Shown piece by piece: positions 28,117 to 37,037 of a DNA stretch of 64,000 nt. This DNA is from an uncultured bacterium (GTDB lineage Bacteria > Verrucomicrobiota > Verrucomicrobiia > Verrucomicrobiales > DEV007), in NCBI GenBank assembly GCA_963977015.1, contig CAXBMO010000001.1, positions 512,001-576,000 on the forward strand, written 5' to 3'. Positions within the stretch are counted from its first letter, which is position 1; every line of letters begins with the position of its first letter. A program made the translations under genes and the position numbers. The notes under the pieces were generated by a model. That model made no database searches and was not told where the DNA came from. It saw only the letters and a program-made list of their open reading frames with translations.

Positions 28117-29045
28117 AAAGGCCCGAACAGTTCGAACGAGGCTCGGAGCTGATTGCCAAGGTATTGGATCAATCCGTTTCGGAAGCGGAGTTTGGCGAGT
28201 TGCAGCAATTGCTGGAGGAAGACGGGGCCCTCCGGCACGTTTACATGCAGATGGTAGATCAGGAAGTCGAGTTAGGTTGCTGTGGTTCAACAATCTCCAA
28301 CAAAGTCCGATTGTTTCCGCCTCAGCTAAGCCGATTCGTGCTCGCCGCTGCGGCATTGGTACTAATTTCGTTGCTGGTTTTTGCGCTGTTTTCTCTCTAT
28401 TCCCAAAATGACGACGTTCAGATTGTCGAACCGGAAACTGAAGATCCGCAACCATCCGAAACGATTGTCCGCTCGCGCCCCCCTCGCGATGTTCCCCCGG
28501 CTCCAGCAATTTGGGCGGCCGATTTCGAAAATGGTATCCCACCTGGCTGGGAAGGCGAATTTGTCACCACCGGCCTGCCGGAAGGCTCGCGAGGAGCGAT
28601 CCGGACGATTCCCAAAAGTCAGGATGGCCGCGAATACCGGCAACTTCTCCCGCCCGCGTCGTGGGCGCCGGGCCATGTCCGGATCGGCGCAAATACCCAC
28701 CTGCATCTCACGCTAAAAGTGGAACAAGCCGCCGCCTACGACGTTTTCATGCTGACGCATGTGCCAAATCCGGCGAGGAGCGAGCTGCAACTTTACAAAT
28801 TCGGCGAAGCGGTGTTGTGGGAAGGCGAGGGCCAATGGCGTCGCTTGTCGATTCCCCTGAAATGGTTCGCCTGGAAAGATCAGGCAACCGAAACGTTCGT
28901 GGAGGATGACGCTTTTCCCGAAGCGGGAGAAATCGCCTGGCAATTGTTTATCAGCTCCTCGGATCCGGATTTCAAAGTGGTGATCGACGAATGGCGAGTC
29001 GATGACATTGGGACCGGCGAGGTGGTCGTCGGGCTCGTTAATTGA
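28113..29045 (+). CDS. Putative anti-sigma factor with one TM and a periplasmic sensor domain
   Basis: ATGA overlap with the sigma gene, N-terminal L..LL...Y motif, TM FVLAAAALVLISLLVFALF. Confidence 0.7.
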   Translation: MKRPEQFERGSELIAKVLDQSVSEAEFGELQQLLEEDGALRHVYMQMVDQEVELGCCGSTISNKVRLFPPQLSRFVLAAAALVLISLLVFALFSLYSQNDDVQIVEPETEDPQPSETIVRSRPPRDVPPAPAIWAADFENGIPPGWEGEFVTTGLPEGSRGAIRTIPKSQDGREYRQLLPPASWAPGHVRIGANTHLHLTLKVEQAAAYDVFMLTHVPNPARSELQLYKFGEAVLWEGEGQWRRLSIPLKWFAWKDQATETFVEDDAFPEAGEIAWQLFISSSDPDFKVVIDEWRVDDIGTGEVVVGLVN

Positions 29046-29065
29046 GGCCGAATTCAAACGCCAGT

Positions 29066-30313
29066 CTAACGTATTTCCTTGCCCGACGAAACCGCGGGAA
29101 CAGGAGCGCTTCTGCGGAATTTCGCAGGTTTCCGCACGTTCAGAAGGAGCGCCCCCGCAACGCCAAGGCCCATGACCGTGAAACAGAGCACCTCTGCGCT
29201 GACGCCGAGCAGTGCCAGCCCGAAGGTCGGAGCCACGATATTCGCGCCGGACCACATCACGCCCATCATCCCATTGTAACGGCCACGCATTTTTTCCGGC
29301 GCCAGGTCCGAAACGTAGGCGCCTTGAATCGGCAGCGAAACCATTTCGCCAATCGTGAACACGGTCATCGCGAAGGCGAAACCGAGACCGGTGGTCATCC
29401 AGGCGTTGATTCCGAAGCCGAGTCCGGCGACCGCGGTTCCCAAGCCGATCATGAGCGCTGGGGTGAACCGCCGTCCCAATGCGCTAAGCGGCATTTCGAA
29501 CAAAACGATGAGAATTCCGTTCAGCGCCATGATCAATCCGAACAATTTCGCAGAATGCCCGCGATCCTGGATGAGCACGGCAAACGAAGTGTTCCACTGG
29601 TTGTAAATCGTGGCCAGAATCAGAGTGTTCAGGCACAAAGCAAGGAATTGGCGATCGTGCACAATGTTGCGAAAAGCCGGAATCCATCCGCTTTGCTCCT
29701 TCTCGGTTTTCTCGCCGGCGGGCAGGCATGTCACCGTGACGATGCCGAAAATCCACGACGTGGCGGCATCGATCACGAACAGCCAGACGAAGCCGATTTC
29801 CGCGAGGAACCCAGCGGCAGTCATCCCTAGAGCCCAGCCGAAATTGATCGCAAATCGCAGCACTGCGAACGCGGCGACACGCGATTCGCTCGGCACGAGA
29901 TCGGCGACCAACGAGCTGCTCGCCGCGTGGTAGAATCCGCGAACGGTTCCATAGCAAGCCGTCACCAGGCACAATGGCCAGACCGCTCCCGTTTTTGTTA
30001 GGTAGAGAGAGAAAGCATAGGTCAAAAGCGTGAACGCGCCCGATCCAAACATCGAGATGCCCATGGTGCGCCTCCGTCCGATCCGGTCGGCCAAATAGCC
30101 GCCCAATCCAGCCCCGGCCAAACTGCCGAGCCCGAAGGCCCCGATCGCGATCCCCGCAATCTCTTTATTGACCCCGTTCGAAGTGAGGAACAAGACTAGG
30201 AACGGAACCACAAACATCCCGAACCGGTCGATGAAAACACCTCCGGATAGAATCCAGATGGGTCGCGACAGGCTTTTGATCTCCTGGACAAACGTGGTTT
30301 TTGGCGTGGTCAT
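29066..30313 (-). CDS. MFS transporter, probable drug/metabolite exporter (MdtH/YdeE-like)
   Basis: Motif A GYLADRIGRR, 12 TMs, N.G..G...G, AP...RGRY.G. Confidence 0.9.
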   Translation of the reverse strand: MTTPKTTFVQEIKSLSRPIWILSGGVFIDRFGMFVVPFLVLFLTSNGVNKEIAGIAIGAFGLGSLAGAGLGGYLADRIGRRRTMGISMFGSGAFTLLTYAFSLYLTKTGAVWPLCLVTACYGTVRGFYHAASSSLVADLVPSESRVAAFAVLRFAINFGWALGMTAAGFLAEIGFVWLFVIDAATSWIFGIVTVTCLPAGEKTEKEQSGWIPAFRNIVHDRQFLALCLNTLILATIYNQWNTSFAVLIQDRGHSAKLFGLIMALNGILIVLFEMPLSALGRRFTPALMIGLGTAVAGLGFGINAWMTTGLGFAFAMTVFTIGEMVSLPIQGAYVSDLAPEKMRGRYNGMMGVMWSGANIVAPTFGLALLGVSAEVLCFTVMGLGVAGALLLNVRKPAKFRRSAPVPAVSSGKEIR

Positions 30314-30358
30314 GCGGTAATTCCCCGCGCGATTTGTGCTATGGCTGTTTAGATAGAA

Positions 30359-30396
30359 CGAAAAAGCCCTGCTCGTCGCGAGGAGGAGCAGGGCTT
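30359..30396 (-). terminator. Intrinsic terminator in the MFS leader (attenuator)
   Basis: Minus strand AAGCCCTGCTC-loop-GAGCAGGGCTT-TTT, ending about 45 nt before the MFS ATG. Confidence 0.8.
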
Positions 30397-30433
30397 GTGA
30401 GAAATTGGAAAGCTATCGTGTAAAAAATCTGGC

Positions 30434-30568
30434 TTAATTCTCGAAAAACCCTGCTCCGGGGCGGTATGGCTTGCGGCCTTTCACCATGAACCATTCCATC
30501 CCCTGACCATGCGCCGAATCGGCGGATAGCTTGGAGGCTAGGAAGGTGTTGGCCTGGCAGAGGTTCAT
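30434..30568 (-). CDS. Putative leader peptide (uORF); alternative starts at 30499 and 30487
   Basis: Manual translation MNLCQANTFLASKLSADSAHGQGMEWFMVKGRKPYRPGAGFFEN*; the last codons overlap the candidate antiterminator. Confidence 0.5.
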   Translation of the reverse strand: MNLCQANTFLASKLSADSAHGQGMEWFMVKGRKPYRPGAGFFEN

Positions 30569-30575
30569 TCGGATT

Positions 30576-30592
30576 GAATTGTCTGACAATTC
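30576..30592. promoter_or_regulatory. Perfect 8-1-8 inverted repeat, candidate operator
   Basis: GAATTGTC-T-GACAATTC between divergent transcription units. Confidence 0.5.
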
Positions 30593-30686
30593 GCCCAGAA
30601 CTTCGAATTGCAACTTCGAAATCGGTCAATTTGAATAAGAACTCCGAATTTTTCTCGAAAGATTTTCGGATTCGGGTGGAATAAGG

Positions 30687-32045
30687 ATGAAAGAACTCAT
30701 TGCCGTGATGAAAGCCCCGACGATTTCCCGAAACCAAACTCTCTCCCGCCGAACGGTGCTTCGCGCCGCTGGAACAACGCTTTCCCTGCCATTTTTTGAA
30801 GCGATGGTGCCGGGATCGGCGCTGGCTCAAAGCGCAACCGCCACGATTCCCCCGCGCATGGCATTTCTGGCCTACGGGATCGGAATGAACATGCGTCAGT
30901 TCTTTCCCGATGGCGAGGGGCCCGATGCCCAAATGGGCCGGATTCTTCGTCCGCTGGAGCCTTTCAGGTCACAATTTACCGCGCTGTCAGGAACCTGGCT
31001 GGAACACGGTGGCGGACACCAAGGCGATTACACGATCCTGACCGGTGCGCCCGGCAAGACACCGTCGGGAATCGTCAACTCCATCTCGGCGGATCAGGTC
31101 GCGGCAAAGCATCTCGGAGCCGAAACGCGCTTTCCTTCGCTCCAGCTTTCGATTCGCCGCGGCACGGGATATGGCGGAAGTCTGGCGACACTTTCGTGGA
31201 ACGAGCGAGGAATCCCGTTAGCCGCTGAAAACGATCCTCATGTTGTCTTCAACCGGCTTTTCGGCGTAGAAACGGCGCGCCAACAGCGTGATCGCGATGA
31301 AGCTTTCCGGCGGCGAGGTTCGATTCTCGATCTCGTGATGGGGCAGGCGAAAAAGCTAGAAACCCGCGTCAGTGGCGGCGACAAGGAGAAACTGGATGAG
31401 TATCTGACGAGCGTTCGCGAAGTCGAGTCTCAGCTTCAACGCAACGTTGATTGGTCAGAGAAGCCCAAGCCGGACGTGAAGCTGGACGGCCTGGGAGATT
31501 ACACGCGCCCCTATCACAGCTACACACAGGGATTCGAGTACGCCACCTGGATGAAGCTGATGTACGACCTGATGGCGCTGGCATTCCAGACCGACTCTAC
31601 CCGAGTCATCACGTTCATGGTTAGGTCCGAAGGCGGCGAGATTTTCGACGTCCACGGGGTATCGAAGAACTTCCACGCCCTCACCCATCACGGGAACGAT
31701 CCCCGAAACCTGGATGAGTTGGCAAAGGTCGATGAAATCAACATGGGATTCTTCCGCGGACTGCTGGAACGCTTACATTCGATTCAGGAACCAGACGGAA
31801 AGTCGTTGCTCGACCGAACCATGCTGACGTTCACCAGCGGAATGGGAATCGACCATTCTCGGGATCGGCTGCCCACGGTGTTGTTCGGCGGTTCCGGTCT
31901 GGGAATCCAGCACCAAACCCACCTCCAGCTTCCTGACAACACACCCTGCGCGAACGTCTGGCGAACGATGCTGGATCGCGGTAGTGTTCCGGTCGATGAC
32001 GGCTTTCAGGATTCTACGGGCGTGGTACGCCAACTTCTCGCTTGA
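30687..32045 (+). CDS. DUF1552 family protein (Tat-like N-terminus)
   Basis: SRRTVLR...LSLPFFEAM, SISADQ, FPSLQL, SILD, KLDEYLTSVRE, AFQTD.TRV. Confidence 0.9.
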   Translation: MKELIAVMKAPTISRNQTLSRRTVLRAAGTTLSLPFFEAMVPGSALAQSATATIPPRMAFLAYGIGMNMRQFFPDGEGPDAQMGRILRPLEPFRSQFTALSGTWLEHGGGHQGDYTILTGAPGKTPSGIVNSISADQVAAKHLGAETRFPSLQLSIRRGTGYGGSLATLSWNERGIPLAAENDPHVVFNRLFGVETARQQRDRDEAFRRRGSILDLVMGQAKKLETRVSGGDKEKLDEYLTSVREVESQLQRNVDWSEKPKPDVKLDGLGDYTRPYHSYTQGFEYATWMKLMYDLMALAFQTDSTRVITFMVRSEGGEIFDVHGVSKNFHALTHHGNDPRNLDELAKVDEINMGFFRGLLERLHSIQEPDGKSLLDRTMLTFTSGMGIDHSRDRLPTVLFGGSGLGIQHQTHLQLPDNTPCANVWRTMLDRGSVPVDDGFQDSTGVVRQLLA

Positions 32046-32049
32046 ACGC

Positions 32050-34419
32050 ATGATGAAGCGCCTTTTCAAAATCGCGATCACGTTTGGGGCGACGGCATGC
32101 CTGACAGCCCAAGAGCCAAGCCTGACCGACACCGCAGGGAACGAGATGAGGCTGGTTCGCGAAGGTCATTTCGTCATGGGTTACGTCCATTACCGCGAAA
32201 AAATTGGATCCTGGTTTGGTGAAGATCACATCGGCGGGATCCAGGCTCAGGACGAGCAACCGGCCCATCCTGTCATCATCACCAAACCGTTTTATCTGGC
32301 GGCGCGAGAAGTCTCCGTTGGGCAGTTTCGGCGTTTCGTCGAGGAAACCGGTTATGTTACCACCGCGGAAAAATCCGGCGATGGAATCACCGGCTGGCTC
32401 GGCGACGCTGCATCCGACCGGCGAAATCACGGCCGGAAGTTCGAGCGGTTGGCTGAGTTTACGTGGAAAAATCCGGGATTCGACCAAACGGACGATCACC
32501 CAGTCGTTGGCGTAAGCTGGAACGACGCCAAGGCCTATTGCGACTGGCTGAGTGTGAAGGAAGGTGCCACCTATCGCCTCCCAACCGAAGCGGAGTGGGA
32601 GTATGCCTGCGCAGCCGGTTCCACGACGTTCTTCGATTTTGGCGACCGGCACTTGGGAGAATTGAACCGCCACGCCAACTACGGGGATTCGACGCTGGAA
32701 GACGCCTTTGCCCAAACCGCCTCGCTTCAGTGGTATGTCGGGGGACCGGAAGACGGCGCCGTGTTTACCAAGGAAGTAGGAAGCTACCTACCCAACGCCT
32801 GGGGCTTTCACGACATGCACGGAAACGTGTGGGAGCTCTGCCAGGATTTCTATCACGATACCTACTTCAACCGTTACCGCCCGAAAGGTGATAATCGCCG
32901 TCCCTACGGGCGCGATATCGATCCGGTGAATCTCGACGAACCCTGGAACGATTTCGGCAACTGGCGCGTCATCAAGGGCGGCTCCTGGTACGTAGCGCCT
33001 GTTTTGTGTCGCCGGTCGGTTCGCAGCTATTTCGAAGAAAACGACGGGGCGTGTTATATCGGATTCAGAGTGGTTCGCGAGGCCGAAGGGCCCTTGGTCG
33101 ATCGAGCCTTGGAACAACACGATCGACATGAAGCAGCACGCGCCGCGATCGAGGCTATCGACACGATCGATTGGTGGAGAGCGTTTAACGACGATCTTAC
33201 GATTCGACTGCGAATCAATCAACCGCCACCGGACGGGATCGCAGAGCACCTGCCTTTCGTTCGCCGGGTTTCGGCCATTGAATGGAGCGCCCATGGACAG
33301 GCCGATCCGCAAGTCGTGGCTGCGATCGCGAAAATTCCGGATTTGCGGAGTGTCAGGATTTACAATCCAGGTCTCGGCGTTCCCGCTGAAGCCTATGATG
33401 CTTTCGGCCAACTGAAAAACTTGGAAGAATTCATCGTTAATGACAACTCCACGATGACGGCGGATCAACTGGCATCGTTCGGATTTCTGGAGAATCTGCG
33501 TCTGCTAGGCTTGGGGAACCGCAATTTGACCTCCTCCAGCCTAGGTGCATTGGCAGGACGCAATTTTCCCTATCTGGAAGAGTTGCAGCTTCAATACATC
33601 CAATCCGATGGAACCGGATTGGCGCACTTTACCGGCGCTCCATTGCGAACGCTCTCGCTGCAGGCTCTCACCGACGCCGGGGCTCGCGAAGTCGGCAAGT
33701 TTCCGACTCTCGAGAGCCTTAGCATCTACGATCCTCGCATCAGCGCCACTGGTTTGGCGGAATTGGCCAGCTTGTCGAATCTGCAGCGCATCCGGCTTTC
33801 CAATTTGAGCGAGATAGCCGACGCGGACTTCGCGCCGCTCGAAAAGATGGTTTCGCTGATTTCCGTTGAACTCGAAGACTCGGGTGCCGGGGATTTGACC
33901 GCCGCGATCCTCACCAACTTGCCGCGATTGCGCGGATTGCGAATCGGGAGCCCCGCGCTGACCGACGAAGGCATGAGACACCTGGGCTCGATTGCGACAC
34001 TCAATGAGACGCTCGACATCGCCGCCGAAGCACAAGTAACAGACGCGGGCCTTATGCATCTCTGGGCTCCGGATCGCCTAAACCGGTTGGTGTTGCGCCC
34101 TCGCCACGGAATTACCGGCCGCGGATTCAGCTCGTTGGCTGAAAACCTCGTTGGCCTTCGCTGGGTCGAGATTCACAGCCAGGATCTTACCGATGAAGGG
34201 CTGAGGTATTTGGGCTACCTGCCGAATCTGGAAGAATTAAAAGTGATTGGGACTTCCGATAGCGGTCCGCCAATCACGGACACAGGCCTGCTCGATCTCG
34301 CCGAAGCGCCAAAACTCCGAAAAGTCGAAATCCACGCCGTCGGACTGTCAATTACCGAAGCCGGAATTGCCGCGATGAAAGCAAAGCGTCCCAACCTCGA
34401 AGTTATTGTAAGGTCATGA
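32050..34419 (+). CDS. SUMF1/EgtB/PvdO (FGE-fold) domain fused to leucine-rich repeats
   Basis: HPVVGVSWNDA, RLPTEAEWEYA, NAWGFHDMHGNVWE, GGSW...GFR, followed by repeated L..L.L....TD.G...L units. Confidence 0.88.
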   Translation: MMKRLFKIAITFGATACLTAQEPSLTDTAGNEMRLVREGHFVMGYVHYREKIGSWFGEDHIGGIQAQDEQPAHPVIITKPFYLAAREVSVGQFRRFVEETGYVTTAEKSGDGITGWLGDAASDRRNHGRKFERLAEFTWKNPGFDQTDDHPVVGVSWNDAKAYCDWLSVKEGATYRLPTEAEWEYACAAGSTTFFDFGDRHLGELNRHANYGDSTLEDAFAQTASLQWYVGGPEDGAVFTKEVGSYLPNAWGFHDMHGNVWELCQDFYHDTYFNRYRPKGDNRRPYGRDIDPVNLDEPWNDFGNWRVIKGGSWYVAPVLCRRSVRSYFEENDGACYIGFRVVREAEGPLVDRALEQHDRHEAARAAIEAIDTIDWWRAFNDDLTIRLRINQPPPDGIAEHLPFVRRVSAIEWSAHGQADPQVVAAIAKIPDLRSVRIYNPGLGVPAEAYDAFGQLKNLEEFIVNDNSTMTADQLASFGFLENLRLLGLGNRNLTSSSLGALAGRNFPYLEELQLQYIQSDGTGLAHFTGAPLRTLSLQALTDAGAREVGKFPTLESLSIYDPRISATGLAELASLSNLQRIRLSNLSEIADADFAPLEKMVSLISVELEDSGAGDLTAAILTNLPRLRGLRIGSPALTDEGMRHLGSIATLNETLDIAAEAQVTDAGLMHLWAPDRLNRLVLRPRHGITGRGFSSLAENLVGLRWVEIHSQDLTDEGLRYLGYLPNLEELKVIGTSDSGPPITDTGLLDLAEAPKLRKVEIHAVGLSITEAGIAAMKAKRPNLEVIVRS

Positions 34420-36992
34420 TGCAACGCGTTCTCTTTTTCGCCCTGTTCCCGGCAATCATTTCAGCAACGGAATTCAGTGCCGAAATCCGCCCCTTCCTCA
34501 AACAGCACTGTTACAAGTGTCACGGGGCGGAGAAACAGAAGGCCGATCTTCGGCTCGACACCCTAACCGATGACTTCAGCGATTCACGCACCGCTGCAGC
34601 TTGGATCGAAGTGCGCGATAATCTGAATCTCGGCGAAATGCCGCCTGACGACGAACCTCGGCCGGATGGAGATCAGTTGATCGCGGTTTCGCACTGGATC
34701 GCCAACGAGCTTCGAGCGATGCAGGCGCGTTCGAATAGCACAGATGGCCGCGTTTTGTTGCGCAGGCTGAGCCGGACGGAATACGTCAACACGGTTCGCG
34801 ATCTTCTCAAAATCCGCGTAATTGAAGGGGACGGAACGCGGGAATTATTGCCCCCTGATGGTAAGCTGGAGGGTTTTGACAAGGTCAGCAAGGCGCTCCT
34901 GCTCGATCCCTCGCTCATGGACAGCTATTTCGCGGCAGGGCGGCAAATCGCCGATCGCGCGGTGAGGATTCGTCCGCCCCGGGTCGAACATCTGGCCCAA
35001 CGCTACGAGTTCGAGACGATTCCCAACACCGGTGGTATCAATTACTTGGCTGATTCGCGTGCGGTCGATATCCTCGAAGACGGAATTTTACTCTACTCAG
35101 GCGGAGCCCGAACCGCAAACTTGCCGAAGCATCCCTACAACGATCAGCAGGTCCCGATTTTGGGCGAATACACGGTTCGCGTTCGCGCAGGAGCAGATCG
35201 CGGCGAAAAAGGAGAGCCCGTTTACGTCGAGTTGATGCGGGGACGCGGGTTGAGCAAACGCATTGAGGTCGAAGCACCGCTCGATGCGCCGGAAATCTAC
35301 GAATGGACGGTCACGATCGATCCCATGGAGAATATGGAATGGCAGGTTCACATCATTCCGGGTAACCAGTTTCAACTTTACAATAGCCGCCCGGATCAAT
35401 TGCGCCGGGAAGCGGAACGACTCGTACAGAGCGGAGATCCGAAAGAAGGATTCCGTCTGCGGGCTCAAGGCGAAGCGGAAGGCGGATTCGCGGATCGCCC
35501 CAATCCGGAAGCCTACGACAAAACGCGCGTTCCGAGGCTCTTTCTCGATTATTTCGAGATCGAAGGTCCGCTCAACGAATCGTTCCCGCCAGCCAGCACG
35601 CGTTACCTTTATCCCAATGGCTTTGAGGATCCCGGCAAACTCACGATCGACGACGCGCGATCGCTCTTTCAGCAACTGCTACCGCGAGCATTTCGGCGGC
35701 CGGTCCAGGAAGACGAATTGGCAGCGTGGACGGAGCTCGTGGCTCAAGAGATGGAGCTGGGCCATTCCTATCACGACGCACTCAAAACTGGCATTACCGC
35801 AATGGTATGCTCGCCTGATTTTCTGTTTCTGATGGAGCCGGATTCGATCGCGGTGACTCCGCCGCAGAAACCGCGTGGATTTTTCAGCCGAATCTTCGGT
35901 TCGAGCACGAAGGCGGAACCCGAACCCTCGAATGGCCGAAATCTGAACGATTTCGAACTCGCCACGCGATTGAGCTATTTCGTTTGGAGTTCGATGCCGG
36001 ACGGCGAATTGTTCGACCTGGCGGCGAAAGGTGAACTATCCAATCCGGCGAATCTCGACGCTCAGGTAACGCGAATGCTAGCCGATCCCAAGGCGGAGGC
36101 ATTGATCAATGATTTCGCGACCCAATGGCTCAAGATCGATGAATTCGAACAATTCAAGCCGGACGAGTCGATTTACCGCCACAGTTACTACGCACCCCGG
36201 TTTGCCGGCCTGACTGCAGACTTTGAGGAAGAAGCTCGCTCCTTCTTCCGCGAGATCCTGGCCAGGGATGAAAGCGTGCTCAACTTTCTCGATTCCGATT
36301 GGATCATGGCGAACGAAAAATTGGCGGCTTACTACGGGATTGATGGCGTTGAAGGCGAAGAGTTTCGCCGGGTTTCGCTGCCAACCAACTCTCCTCGTGG
36401 CGGCATTCTAGGCATGGGTGGTTTTCACCAATGGGGCTCAGATGGCGCCCGCACCAAGCCGGTCGAACGCGGCAAATACATTCTCAGCGTTCTCTTCAAC
36501 GATCCGCCGGATCCGCCGCCGCCCAATGCCGGAGAAGTGGAGCCGAACATTCAGGGCGAACGTCTCACGGTGCGCGAACGCCTCCTTCAGCATCAGGAAA
36601 TCGAGGCCTGCGCCGGTTGCCACCGAACCATCGATCCTTACGGGTTGGCGATGGAGAATTTCAACGTCGTCGGGCTCTGGCGCGACCGCCAAGACGGAGA
36701 GATCGAGCATTTCTGGTCGCACAATCCACCGCCGATCATCAATGAAGGCGCTCTTCCTAACGGAAAGGACTACGCCGGTTTTTCGGAATTCAAAGCGCTC
36801 TTGGCCGAGCAATCCGCGCGGTTCGAGCGAGGGCTGGCCGAGAAACTCATGATTTACGCGCTAGGTCGAAGCTTGGACCCGGCCGATGATGCGACGTTGT
36901 CTGCATTGGTCGCTGATATGAGCGAAAACGGACACACGTTGAGCGGCCTGATTCGCGGGATTGTGAAAACCGAGGCGTTTCGAACCAAGTAG
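34416..36992 (+). CDS. DUF1592-family planctomycete-type cytochrome c protein (DUF1587/1595/1592/1588/1585)
   Basis: CYKCH and CAGCH heme motifs, RRLSRTEY.NT, RAFRRP, ELATRLSYFVWSSMPD, YALGR. Confidence 0.92.
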   Translation: MMQRVLFFALFPAIISATEFSAEIRPFLKQHCYKCHGAEKQKADLRLDTLTDDFSDSRTAAAWIEVRDNLNLGEMPPDDEPRPDGDQLIAVSHWIANELRAMQARSNSTDGRVLLRRLSRTEYVNTVRDLLKIRVIEGDGTRELLPPDGKLEGFDKVSKALLLDPSLMDSYFAAGRQIADRAVRIRPPRVEHLAQRYEFETIPNTGGINYLADSRAVDILEDGILLYSGGARTANLPKHPYNDQQVPILGEYTVRVRAGADRGEKGEPVYVELMRGRGLSKRIEVEAPLDAPEIYEWTVTIDPMENMEWQVHIIPGNQFQLYNSRPDQLRREAERLVQSGDPKEGFRLRAQGEAEGGFADRPNPEAYDKTRVPRLFLDYFEIEGPLNESFPPASTRYLYPNGFEDPGKLTIDDARSLFQQLLPRAFRRPVQEDELAAWTELVAQEMELGHSYHDALKTGITAMVCSPDFLFLMEPDSIAVTPPQKPRGFFSRIFGSSTKAEPEPSNGRNLNDFELATRLSYFVWSSMPDGELFDLAAKGELSNPANLDAQVTRMLADPKAEALINDFATQWLKIDEFEQFKPDESIYRHSYYAPRFAGLTADFEEEARSFFREILARDESVLNFLDSDWIMANEKLAAYYGIDGVEGEEFRRVSLPTNSPRGGILGMGGFHQWGSDGARTKPVERGKYILSVLFNDPPDPPPPNAGEVEPNIQGERLTVRERLLQHQEIEACAGCHRTIDPYGLAMENFNVVGLWRDRQDGEIEHFWSHNPPPIINEGALPNGKDYAGFSEFKALLAEQSARFERGLAEKLMIYALGRSLDPADDATLSALVADMSENGHTLSGLIRGIVKTEAFRTK

Positions 36993-37037
36993 CATTTTCC
37001 AACAGCCGCCCGATCAAGCTCGTCACCGGTGAGAAGT

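Noticed and set aside
32960-33080. FGE/C-type-lectin fold end as a diversity-generating retroelement variable region
   Set aside because: No reverse transcriptase and no second near-identical template repeat seen in the window
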